From Waterburya sp. (GTDB lineage Bacteria; Cyanobacteriota; Cyanobacteriia; Cyanobacteriales; Xenococcaceae): a stretch of 64,000 nucleotides of DNA. The stretch spans positions 1,760,001-1,824,000 of the forward strand of contig CBDCJV010000002.1 of the NCBI GenBank assembly GCA_965217895.1, written 5' to 3'. The notes beneath the pieces were generated by a model. The model ran no database searches and was not told where the DNA came from. It worked only from the letters and a program-made list of their open reading frames with translations. The translations under genes and the position numbers were made by a program. Below, piece after piece: positions 1 through 9,184 of this stretch; the stretch's first letter is position 1; each line of letters opens with the position of its first letter.

Positions 1-426
1 TTGGGAGGAATGGAAGCGTTAAACCAGCGATTTGCCAAAATGAAATTGACCCAAACCAGATTACGTAACCCACTGCCAGATTTAACAGGGACTAACACCA
101 CCTCCGCAGAAGATCTAGGTAATTTATTAGCTGAAATAGATAGTGGTGATTTGCTTTCATTAAGAGCGCGCGATCGCTTGATACACATTATGGGCAATAT
201 AGCAAATGATAGCTTACTACCTCAAGGTCTAGAACCAGAAGCACTTATTGCTCACAAAACAGGAGATATTAAATCGGTATTAGCCGATGTAGGCATGATT
301 GATATGCCCAGCGGCAAACGTTATATTGCCTCTATATTTGTCAAGCGACCTGATAATTCTTCTCAGGCACGAGAGTTAATTCAAGAAGTGTCTCGCCAAA
401 CTTATCAGTATTTTCAGCATCCTTAA
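1..426 (+). CDS. Class A beta-lactamase-like serine hydrolase, C-terminal part (runs off window)
   Basis: NTTSAEDL and IAHKTGDI (KTG) motifs, DVGMI; open at window start. Confidence 0.85.
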   Translation: MGGMEALNQRFAKMKLTQTRLRNPLPDLTGTNTTSAEDLGNLLAEIDSGDLLSLRARDRLIHIMGNIANDSLLPQGLEPEALIAHKTGDIKSVLADVGMIDMPSGKRYIASIFVKRPDNSSQARELIQEVSRQTYQYFQHP

Positions 427-478
427 AATCGCTTCGCGGTCGGCTTTAAGCTTTAAGTATCAGTAGTTGACCAAAATC

Positions 479-742
479 TCAATTGAAAATTCGTCTGCTT
501 TTTAGCCTCCAACAGTCATCGAGCCAATCGATTAGTTCACTACGAGATGCAGTTGATTGTTTGACCACACAGCAAAGTTGCGCGATCGCATTGGGATTAT
601 CGAGTTCTACTTCTAAAGGTTGATTAGTTGAACATCTACAGGGACTTTCGAGCTGCTGTAAACGATAATATATGCTCCATCGTTCAGTGTGCTTGATGCC
701 AACAGGATGAATGATTGGTTGAGAAGATGGACTCGATTTTAT
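479..742 (-). CDS. Asr1405/Asl0597-family small protein, missed by ORF track; only an ATA start is available
   Basis: Manual translation IKSSPSSQPIIHPVGIKHTERWSIYYRLQQLESPCRCSTNQPLEVELDNPNAIAQLCCVVKQSTASRSELIDWLDDCWRLKSRRIFN*; RWxIYxRLQxL..C.C and LIDWLxxCW motifs; divergent from dps. Confidence 0.7.
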   Translation of the reverse strand: MKSSPSSQPIIHPVGIKHTERWSIYYRLQQLESPCRCSTNQPLEVELDNPNAIAQLCCVVKQSTASRSELIDWLDDCWRLKSRRIFN

Positions 743-1165
743 GTTTTCACTTAAAGAGAATAATTATTAATTTATTTTTTATTTAATGCCAGCTTTCAAG
801 TATGTAGTCGAAAACTCCAAGTATTTCTACAGAAGCTTTGTTAGCCTGCCTTTCCCAAATCTAATATACAGCTTAATGCTAATAGATTGCAATAGGTGTG
901 ATTAGTATCACTCATAATGAAGTTCATAATCACTTTTGATTACTATTTATTAAATTGTTTATTGAAAAACCATATTATTATTCAAAGCCATAGATCACCA
1001 TGCTTTGATCTTGAATAATAGTTTGTATTCCATAATAGACAAGTCTTATGGTGATTTTTTATTTAAAATTTATCACGATAATTTAGCAAGTTTAAATTTG
1101 CAATAAACTTTTCATGCTAAATTGAGATTATCAATAAAACTAACCTTAATGAGAGAGTAAGAATT

Positions 1166-1729
1166 ATGTCTACTACCACAAATTTATTACGTCCGTTTGG
1201 TCACGTAGAAGATAATCCAGTATTGCTAGATAAAAGCGTCACTACGCCAGTATGTGAAGGTTTTAATGCTGTGTTGTCTAGCTTTCAAGGCTTATACTTG
1301 CAATATCAAAAACATCATTTCGTAGTTGAAGGTTCAGAATACTATTCACTACATGAGTTTTTCAACGAAAGCTATGAAGAAGTACAGGGACACATTCATG
1401 ACATTGGCGAACGTCAAAACGGCTTAGGCGGTATTCCTGCTGCTAGCTTTAGTAAGCTAGCTGAGTTATGCTGCTTCGAGCAAGAAGAGGATGGTATTTT
1501 TGGCGAACGTCAGATGGTAGAACACGATCTCGCAGCAGAACAAGCAATTATTAAACTGCTACGTCAGCAAGCATCACAAGCAGAAAGTTTAGGCGATCGC
1601 GCTACTCGCTATTTATACGAGCAGATTTTACTCAAAACTGAAGAAAGAGCATATCACTTACACCACTTCCTAGTCCACGATAGTTTGACCCTGGCTTTTG
1701 TTGGTAATAATGCCAATGGTTCTAAATAG
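1166..1729 (+). CDS. dpsA: Dps/ferritin-like DNA-protecting protein (cyanobacterial DpsA type)
   Basis: [36 protein letters not shown] ferroxidase-type motifs. Confidence 0.9.
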   Translation: MSTTTNLLRPFGHVEDNPVLLDKSVTTPVCEGFNAVLSSFQGLYLQYQKHHFVVEGSEYYSLHEFFNESYEEVQGHIHDIGERQNGLGGIPAASFSKLAELCCFEQEEDGIFGERQMVEHDLAAEQAIIKLLRQQASQAESLGDRATRYLYEQILLKTEERAYHLHHFLVHDSLTLAFVGNNANGSK

Positions 1730-1812
1730 TCTCGGCAATAATGTTAATTTCTGTACCATTTTTGCGTAGCTGGTTAATTACCCAACGTCTGCTACTGTGA
1801 GTTGAAGTACAA

Positions 1813-1842
1813 GCGTAGATTAATTGCTTTTGTAATCTACGC
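1813..1842. terminator. Hairpin between convergent dpsA and GAF gene
   Basis: GCGTAGATTA-N10-TAATCTACGC inverted repeat. Confidence 0.5.
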
Positions 1843-1930
1843 AAGAAAAGTCTATTAAAAGCTAATAACTAATGACTACGAACGGTATTGCTAACGGTTT
1901 CACACCTGAAATCATCAACGCCGTAATAGA

Positions 1931-3397
1931 TTACGGCTGATTAACAGACTCTTCTAATAGCTTGACAGTTTTATTATCAGCTAGGCCGATCAATGCCTCA
2001 TCCAAGAGATTATCTGCTTCACTTTTGCCCTGATTAATGGCGACGAGAGAAGATTTAAATTTATAGGTAATTACTGCTAATTTTTTGATCATGATTTGAA
2101 TCATTTTTGTATCCTTTTTAGTTTGTAAAGAGCCATTTTGATTGATTAAATTAATTTCTCTATCCAGCAGTTTATTGAGATTATTAACTTCAATTAAAAT
2201 CTGGCTAGTATTTTGAAGAGGTTCTTTTATTTGCTGAATTTTTGATTGTGCCAAATTAACGATATTTTTTAGATTATCTAATTTATTAATTTCACCCTCT
2301 ACTACTTGAGATTGCTCTTTCAATCTGGCTTTAGATAAAGACAAGCCTGTATGCAAAGCAATATCTTTAAAATAGGTAATTTCGCTCTTTTGCCAATCTT
2401 TAAAACTAAAGCACTGATGAGCGACTAATAAACCATATATTTTGCCGTCATCCCAATTGATTGGTGCTATGAGATTCGATCTCACACCAATTTTGGCCAA
2501 ATTCTCTATATAGCAAGAAGTCATTCCTGCTTCATAAATATTGGGAATTGCACGAATTCTTCCCTGCTCGTATTGATCTATGTAGCGATACTCAAAACAG
2601 GGATCTTTAATTACACTGCCCAAAATTGTAGCCAAAGCTGGAATAGCTGCTTCAGCTACAATTTCTCCCAGACTCTGATCTTGTAAGCAATAAACTACAA
2701 CCCGATCGCAATTTAAGATTGATTTAGCTTTGTCTACTCCCAACTGCAAGACTTCCTTAAAGGTTACCGCAGCATGAATTTCTTGAGTGATGCTATTAAT
2801 TAACTGCTGTGCCTGCTGAGTATTTTCTAATTGATTGGTTAAGTTGATACGGGCTTTTAGCAGCGACAATTGTTCCATTGTCCAATTTGCCATTTCCAGA
2901 ATAAATTCCACCTCAGACTGCATCCATTGTCGAGTTTGAGAGCATTGGTGCATTACCAGCAACCCGTATAAAGCAAAATCTTGATCGATTAAGGGAATGA
3001 CTAAATTAGATTTAACATCAATTGCTTTTAAGGATTCTAAATGACAGGGAGCCATCCCTGAATTGTTGACATCACCAATAGCTATAATTCGACCTTTTTG
3101 ATACTTTTCAATATATCCTTCTTCAAAACAAACATCTCTAATTACTCTGTTTAAGATTTGGGCATAGCCAGGAGTAACAGCTTCGGCGGTGATTTTACAG
3201 AATGAATTTGGCTGCATACCGTAAACCACAACCCGATCGCATTTCAAGGCTTGGTGTATAATTGCCACACTAGCTTGAAGTATTTTTTCTTCTGTATCGT
3301 TATTACGTAATTTCTTTAAAATTTCAGTGGATAATGTATTTAACTGTTTGCCATTTGAGGAAATTGCCGAAAGTGACATTGATGGCTGCATATTCAT
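1931..3397 (-). CDS. Tandem-GAF cyanobacteriochrome-like protein (two DXCF-type GAFs plus C-terminal coiled coil)
   Basis: Two GAFs (CDRVVVY...SNL..P...YGLLxxHQC); GAF1 has DVCF and CH, GAF2 has DPCF and CY. Confidence 0.85.
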   Translation of the reverse strand: MNMQPSMSLSAISSNGKQLNTLSTEILKKLRNNDTEEKILQASVAIIHQALKCDRVVVYGMQPNSFCKITAEAVTPGYAQILNRVIRDVCFEEGYIEKYQKGRIIAIGDVNNSGMAPCHLESLKAIDVKSNLVIPLIDQDFALYGLLVMHQCSQTRQWMQSEVEFILEMANWTMEQLSLLKARINLTNQLENTQQAQQLINSITQEIHAAVTFKEVLQLGVDKAKSILNCDRVVVYCLQDQSLGEIVAEAAIPALATILGSVIKDPCFEYRYIDQYEQGRIRAIPNIYEAGMTSCYIENLAKIGVRSNLIAPINWDDGKIYGLLVAHQCFSFKDWQKSEITYFKDIALHTGLSLSKARLKEQSQVVEGEINKLDNLKNIVNLAQSKIQQIKEPLQNTSQILIEVNNLNKLLDREINLINQNGSLQTKKDTKMIQIMIKKLAVITYKFKSSLVAINQGKSEADNLLDEALIGLADNKTVKLLEESVNQP

Positions 3398-3719
3398 AGC
3401 TAAATAATATGTTTGTATTAATAGTTTGACAATATAATTTTTTAGGGCGTAACGTTTGAAATTAGAAATTATAAATTTACTAAATTCTCAATGGTCTTAA
3501 TAGATAGATGAGTATTGTTATCTATGTATAATTACAGAAGATTTTAGCGTATTCAAGTAATTTATGTTTTTTAATCAGATTTGAATACAGACTAGAAACG
3601 CTTAAAATTAGCGGTCTTTGAGAATTAGGAAAAAAATATTATTTATAATAGAGACAGAGAAAAGTAATAAATAAGGAAGCGTTTTGATTGACTATGTTTA
3701 GGTAATTAGTAATCAATCT

Positions 3720-4490
3720 TTAATCGGTGCTTTGTATGAAAGACTTTATCAATTGAACAAACTCTAAAGTCTGTTCAAAATGAACATTATGACCACTATT
3801 TTTGACAATTTCTAGCTTAGAAAAGCGACATAAAAGGTCAATTTGTTGATTAATAGCTATAAACTTTCGATCTAACTCACCCACTACAAGCAGCATCGGT
3901 ATATGGGCTTCTGGTAAATGATTCCAAAGAGACGGTTGCTTACCCAAACCTCCATGAAGTAGAGACTTAGCTAGTTTAAAAGGATTATTATCCAATCTTC
4001 TGGCAATCGCCTGTTGATAATTCGGATGCAAAGTAAAAGAAGTAAATAATGTATTACTATACCACTGCTGTAGAAATAAAGTAAAGTCTTGATATCTAAG
4101 TTTTTCTATTAAGTTAAAATCTTGTTTAATGCGTAATTCTCGCTCTGCTTGAGTTCGCAAACCTGGAGAAGCAGATTCTAAAATAACTCCTTTAAAATAA
4201 TGAGAAAAGTAAATAGCCAAATATAAGGCAATTCTACCTCCCATTGAATAGCCTACTAAAAAACAAGACTTTATTTTCAAAGTTTTTAAGAGTTGAATCA
4301 ATGCTTGGCAAATATTAGGTATTTGATAGTTATCATCTTGCCTAACTTTAGTTTTACCATGACCAGGTAAATCAACTACAAGACAATAAAACTGTGAGGA
4401 AATTAAACCAATTACTTCTAGAAAATCATTGCTATTCCCCATAAAACCATGAAGAAATAAAATAATTGGTTTTTGACGATCGCCAATCAA
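3720..4490 (-). CDS. menH: SHCHC synthase (alpha/beta hydrolase)
   Basis: LFLHGFMG, GYSMGGR, LESASPGL, GHNVHFE. Confidence 0.88.
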   Translation of the reverse strand: MIGDRQKPIILFLHGFMGNSNDFLEVIGLISSQFYCLVVDLPGHGKTKVRQDDNYQIPNICQALIQLLKTLKIKSCFLVGYSMGGRIALYLAIYFSHYFKGVILESASPGLRTQAERELRIKQDFNLIEKLRYQDFTLFLQQWYSNTLFTSFTLHPNYQQAIARRLDNNPFKLAKSLLHGGLGKQPSLWNHLPEAHIPMLLVVGELDRKFIAINQQIDLLCRFSKLEIVKNSGHNVHFEQTLEFVQLIKSFIQSTD

Positions 4491-4698
4491 AGAATAGTTA
4501 AACTGATAATCTTGCTTGTATTTACTATTAATAGTGCAATTTTATTTTTATACTTTGATAAACTCTATGCAGATATTTAAACATATTATAAATGTTTATC
4601 ACAACAAAACCCACTCAAGATTGCAAATTAATATTTCACTTAACTGACTAATTTGAAGCCTTTAGATTATAATTTATCTGATATATCATCAATACAAG

Positions 4699-4911
4699 TT
4701 GGAAATTATGGGTAGAAAAGCTAAACTAAAAAAAATGCGGAAACAGAAAACTACCGCCAAGTCTAATCAAAAATATAATCAAACTCAGTTTGTTCAACAG
4801 TTTGCCAAAATGGGTTATCAATTAAGAATCGATCCCCAGCTACAGCCAGAAACCAATAGAGGAAATATATCTCCCGAAATTCCTCAAGCAAAAATTGAAC
4901 CCAAGCTTTAG
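4699..4911 (+). CDS. Small basic hypothetical protein (ATG at 4708 likely)
   Basis: ORF MGRKAKLKK...SPEIP..K.EP; no competing ORF. Confidence 0.6.
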   Translation: MEIMGRKAKLKKMRKQKTTAKSNQKYNQTQFVQQFAKMGYQLRIDPQLQPETNRGNISPEIPQAKIEPKL

Positions 4912-4927
4912 GCAATGTTATCTAAAG

Positions 4928-5137
4928 CTAAAGCAAAATATTATGGAGGGCTTTACGACTTAATTCCCAACTAGCTATAGGTAAGACAATTGGCCAGAAA
5001 AGAGGAGTAATTAATAAAAAAGCCCAGGATGTCAAATCATTTTTTGGCGTACTTTGGTCATAAAAGAAAAGCATTGACCAATAAACAAAAACCATAAGTG
5101 TAATTGTCCAGTACCAAGTAAAGATATTATTTGACAT
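4928..5137 (-). CDS. Small membrane hypothetical protein
   Basis: Two hydrophobic segments; D.STPK.D..SW and LFWPIVLP motifs. Confidence 0.65.
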   Translation of the reverse strand: MSNNIFTWYWTITLMVFVYWSMLFFYDQSTPKNDLTSWAFLLITPLFWPIVLPIASWELSRKALHNILL

Positions 5138-5234
5138 TTTTTAAAAAGCTTAAGCAACTACTTTATGCTTAAATTGTTATTGATAAGAATCAAATTTGTA
5201 AGCCGTAAGAACACTTAAATAGAATTAAGAATAA

Positions 5235-6017
5235 TTAAGAAGCTAAGTGATTTTGGCACACGAGTTTTAGACCTTGAAAAACTAAATTGCGCTCGACTAT
5301 TATCTGTGGAGAAAGCTGAAGAAGTTGCAGACGCAAATATCGAAATAGCAACTCACCATCTCCTCCAGTAAAAATTACTTGATGATCACAAAATTGTCGC
5401 TGCCAATCAGCAATATAACTACTAATACTAGAGATCGTTGTATAAATAACCCCGCTAGCGATCGCTTCTTCGGTATTTAATGCCCAACGTTGAGGTAGAA
5501 TATGAGGAAGTTCTATCTCTGGTAAAGCGGTTTTTTGCTTGAGGCTGGTAAGCTGCGATCGCAATCCAGGTAAGATTGCACCTCCTATAAGCTTTTTTTG
5601 TCGATCTACTCCTGTAAAAGTTAAAGCCGTGCCTCCATCTATTACCAGACAGGCTTTATTATAAGTTTCTACTGCGCCCCAAACTGCTAAAGCGCGATCG
5701 ATTCCCATAGTGGGATAAATATTTTCTAATTCAATATCTTCTAGAGTTACTATTTTTAAATAAGCATAATTTTGCCAGAGTTTCGTTTGTCCTGAGACAA
5801 CTGAAGCTAGATAAACTGGTATTTGCGTAAGCTGTTTTTCGAGTAGTTTGCTAGCTAAAAATTGCTGAGGTAACTGATTGGGTTTGATTGCGACTGATAA
5901 ATGTTGTGTATGCCAAGTTTTAATTAAAATATCGTGCTGAAACCATGCCCAATGCAGCCTGGAATTACCAACAGCTAACCCTAACCAATTATCAAAGCTT
6001 GTAAACTTATTATTCAC
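5235..6017 (-). CDS. coaX: Type III pantothenate kinase
   Basis: GNSRLHW, GIDRA, VIDGGTALT, GGAILPG, TGGDG. Confidence 0.92.
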   Translation of the reverse strand: MNNKFTSFDNWLGLAVGNSRLHWAWFQHDILIKTWHTQHLSVAIKPNQLPQQFLASKLLEKQLTQIPVYLASVVSGQTKLWQNYAYLKIVTLEDIELENIYPTMGIDRALAVWGAVETYNKACLVIDGGTALTFTGVDRQKKLIGGAILPGLRSQLTSLKQKTALPEIELPHILPQRWALNTEEAIASGVIYTTISSISSYIADWQRQFCDHQVIFTGGDGELLFRYLRLQLLQLSPQIIVERNLVFQGLKLVCQNHLAS

Positions 6018-6041
6018 TTGTGTTCAAAACTACCCGTAGAT

Positions 6042-7163
6042 TTACTGAGAATTAATTTTCTGCCACTTCTGTATCCAGGAAATTAACTGTGCATCACTAA
6101 TTTTCTGATTAGCGTTTCTAGTTTGCAATAATTGCCTCAAATCTGCTGCCGATTCTTTTTTCTGTTGTTGACAAGCAGTAATTAAAGTATTGTCGTCAAC
6201 TAGAGATTTTCCTAAGCCGAGAGATGTTTGCAGTTTTCTTTGTTCATCTTTGGCAATAGTATCTATAATAAAATCTGTACTGTTAGCTTTTTCTAATACT
6301 CCTGCTAAAGCATCAATATAAGCTGTACTATTATCTACTATCACAGTTTTAGAGATAATTGGTATACCAAAGCGACGAAAAGCAGCAGCACTAGCAACAC
6401 TACCGATAACTATCATTTGTATAAACAATAGATATAAAGGAGTTTTTGCAAGATAGCTTAGAACGTCTTCTCTTTGCTCCTCAACAAGAGTTTGGCGATC
6501 TTTATAGCCATGAATATATTCGTCTATCCAGATAGCTCGATTCTGGCTTACTAACTCTGCCAGAAATTCATAATTACCAGCAGAATTTTGATAGGCGTTA
6601 GCTGCCAAATAAGGAGTGGTGCTATAGATAACTTTGCCTTTACCGAGTTTTTTTGACCAGACAATTGCCCCATAGCGATCGCTCAGTAAGCTAGGATTTT
6701 GGCTGGGAAATATGTAACGGCGAGTAGTTTCAATTTCGATCTGACGACTGGATAAAGGTCGATCTCGATAGGGTATAAAGCTTTTAAAAGGTGCTGCGGT
6801 GGCTGGTAGATTAACTCCTAAAATTACCAGGGTATTGCCTTGTTCTACCCAGCTAGACTCATCTTTAGCTAAGTCTAGGGTGCTAGACAGAAAATCAGCT
6901 TGACTGTGGATTTTAATATAGGTAATTCCCTGATGATTGTCTTTAATAAATTGGGCAAAAGGCTTTTGCCAACGTTTAATTGGTATTTCCCTTTTTGACA
7001 TATACTCATACCATGCACCATAACCATCAGGAGCGCGTCCGTAGCTTGAGCCACTGTTGTTTTTACTGCCGTTGCTATTAGGTGCAGCAATTAAGGTTAA
7101 AATAATAATTACAGCGATCGCCATTGCTGCTAAGAGCCATTTACGTCGAGGAAAATTTGGCAT
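6042..7163 (-). CDS. DUF4350-domain protein
   Basis: N-terminal TM, GSSY..PDGYGAW, DEYIHGY, RRFG; next to DUF4129 and RDD genes. Confidence 0.75.
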   Translation of the reverse strand: MPNFPRRKWLLAAMAIAVIIILTLIAAPNSNGSKNNSGSSYGRAPDGYGAWYEYMSKREIPIKRWQKPFAQFIKDNHQGITYIKIHSQADFLSSTLDLAKDESSWVEQGNTLVILGVNLPATAAPFKSFIPYRDRPLSSRQIEIETTRRYIFPSQNPSLLSDRYGAIVWSKKLGKGKVIYSTTPYLAANAYQNSAGNYEFLAELVSQNRAIWIDEYIHGYKDRQTLVEEQREDVLSYLAKTPLYLLFIQMIVIGSVASAAAFRRFGIPIISKTVIVDNSTAYIDALAGVLEKANSTDFIIDTIAKDEQRKLQTSLGLGKSLVDDNTLITACQQQKKESAADLRQLLQTRNANQKISDAQLISWIQKWQKINSQ

Positions 7164-7168
7164 TGGTA

Positions 7169-7780
7169 TCAGTTGGGATTAACTTCGATTTGCTTATACG
7201 CCTGCTGACATTGCTCAAACAGAGATCGATCTGCTTGTGCGCTACTAAAACATAATCTTTGATGACTAGACAGCAATAGCTCATAGGCTTGAAGGGTAGA
7301 TAGATTCTGTTCTAAAAGCGATCGCCGATATTCTTCATCGGTACGACTAGATCTTGCTGCAATAATTCCCCGCTCGTTTAGTAGCTGCAACATCGCTTGA
7401 TACAGACAAAAAATTGCTTGACGATAGTTACCTTCAATTCTGGCTGATTGCGATCGCTCCAACCAGTCTGCTCTCGAAAGCTCTAGTATATTAGTAGGTT
7501 TGTCGATGATTAAAGAGCGATTATTTTTCCTTTGCCAGCCTTTCCAGTAAGGACGCAAGCCAAGCCACAGTTGCCATGTCAGCCAAACTAATAAAATAGC
7601 CAGAAGCGACCACACACAGAATTTAACGACCTGCCAGAGTAGCTTAGATTTGAGCCATCCTAGCTCCCAGGAGTCTGTATCTAATTGAGAGGCTTTATAT
7701 TCAATCCATTCACCAATTCTGCGTTTAATTAAATCTATGCGCCAGCCTAAACCGTCTTGTTTGAATGACCCTGGGGACAT
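7169..7780 (-). CDS. DUF4129-domain membrane protein
   Basis: TM segment followed by GNYRQA..CLY..MLQ.L and SRTDEEY. Confidence 0.75.
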   Translation of the reverse strand: MSPGSFKQDGLGWRIDLIKRRIGEWIEYKASQLDTDSWELGWLKSKLLWQVVKFCVWSLLAILLVWLTWQLWLGLRPYWKGWQRKNNRSLIIDKPTNILELSRADWLERSQSARIEGNYRQAIFCLYQAMLQLLNERGIIAARSSRTDEEYRRSLLEQNLSTLQAYELLLSSHQRLCFSSAQADRSLFEQCQQAYKQIEVNPN

Positions 7781-8020
7781 AACAGTCTTGCATTAAACAT
7801 TGAACACTAATCATTAAACATTGATATTTCAAAATTGGGTAGTAGTTAGGGCAGACAAAATCTTGGTAGAATACTAATTCAGTATTAATTGGATGTAACT
7901 ATAACTATATCTATGCTTGGAATCACAGTTGCCTCTGGTAGATCGAGCTAGACTGGTAGATCGAGCTAGACTCAAAGCCTAAATTAATTATTAATTGTTT
8001 TCTAGGCTCGATATATATAT

Positions 8021-8806
8021 ATGCGTTTTTTTAATCAAATTAATTTACAAACTCCTGAAAGCGTTGAACTAGAATTTACTTTAGCAGGAATTGGCAATCG
8101 CTCATTTGCTTTAATAATAGACTACATAATTGTTGGGCTGAGCGTGTTACTAACTTGGGTAATTAGCTATTATTTTGCTTATCAAATCGATCCAGGATTT
8201 ATTTTTGGTTCAAATCCAGACCTACCTGCACAGTGGATTATAGCCATTCAATCTCTCGTTGCTTTTGCTATTTATGCTGGCTATTTTGTAATTTTAGAAA
8301 CTCTTTGGCAGGGACAGACTCCTGGTAAAAAATGGACAAAAATTAGAGTTATTGGCGATAATGGTAAGCCAGAAAGGTTGCCTCAAGCTATTTTACGAGC
8401 ATTACTTAGACCAGTAGATGATATCTTGTTCCTTGGCGTATTTTTTATCGTTTTTTCTCAACGAGAGAAGCGTATCGGTGATTTAGTGGCAGGGACACTT
8501 GTAGTTCAAGATGAGCAGGTATCCAAATCTGCCAATTTTGATATTTCCCCAGAAGCTCAAGATTTAGCAGTCCAACTAAGAATTGAGTCTGAGATAACTA
8601 ATTTACTGCCAGAAGACTTTGCCACCATTCGTGATTTTCTCCAGCGTCGTCAAAATATCATGTTGGAATATCAGCATAAATTAAGCCGTAAATTAGCCGA
8701 ACAGGTTAAAGAAATTATTTTGTTAGAAAAAATTCCCGAAGGTTATAGTAACAGCCAATTTTTAGAGGCGATTTATTTAGCTTATCAACAAAACAATGAT
8801 TATTAA
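8021..8806 (+). CDS. RDD family membrane protein
   Basis: TPESVELEF.LAGIG.R..A..ID, GQTPGK, KRIGDLVAGT. Confidence 0.88.
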   Translation: MRFFNQINLQTPESVELEFTLAGIGNRSFALIIDYIIVGLSVLLTWVISYYFAYQIDPGFIFGSNPDLPAQWIIAIQSLVAFAIYAGYFVILETLWQGQTPGKKWTKIRVIGDNGKPERLPQAILRALLRPVDDILFLGVFFIVFSQREKRIGDLVAGTLVVQDEQVSKSANFDISPEAQDLAVQLRIESEITNLLPEDFATIRDFLQRRQNIMLEYQHKLSRKLAEQVKEIILLEKIPEGYSNSQFLEAIYLAYQQNNDY

Positions 8807-8814
8807 AGGTAAGT

Positions 8815-9032
8815 TATCGCAGTACGTTGACTGGTTAGGACAGAAAAATGAACTGCTCGTAAGTAACAAGCGGTGCGACCCCCTAAAGGGTTCAGCAGTT
8901 TGCTTATGCCGGGGAACCCGTCCACCGCAACTGCTTCACCGCGTCGCCGTCAGGCGCAAGACAAAGGCTTTAGCCGCACGTACGCGCACCAAGACAGTAG
9001 CAAGTGTCCTAATATAAGTACGTATTGCTATA
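8815..9032 (+). mobile_element. MITE, copy 1, with nested GC-rich insertion at 8870-8995
   Basis: Imperfect TIRs TATCGCAGTACG-N7-TTAGGACA / TGTCCTAA-N7-CGTATTGCTATA; aligns to the reverse complement of 29296-29413. Confidence 0.75.
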
Positions 9033-9184
9033 TATCCAATCTAGATAGTTAACCCAACGAAGCATAGTGGCAGTCGTGTCTGTCTGTCTGTCCTATATAC
9101 CACGATCTAAACTGTCTTTAAATTAAATTTAACCTGAGTATTTGCAGCTTAAATCCGAGTTAAATTAATTAACAAAAAAGCGTT

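Noticed and set aside
8796..9017. 73-aa ORF after RDD
   Set aside because: Made up of MITE and nested repeat sequence
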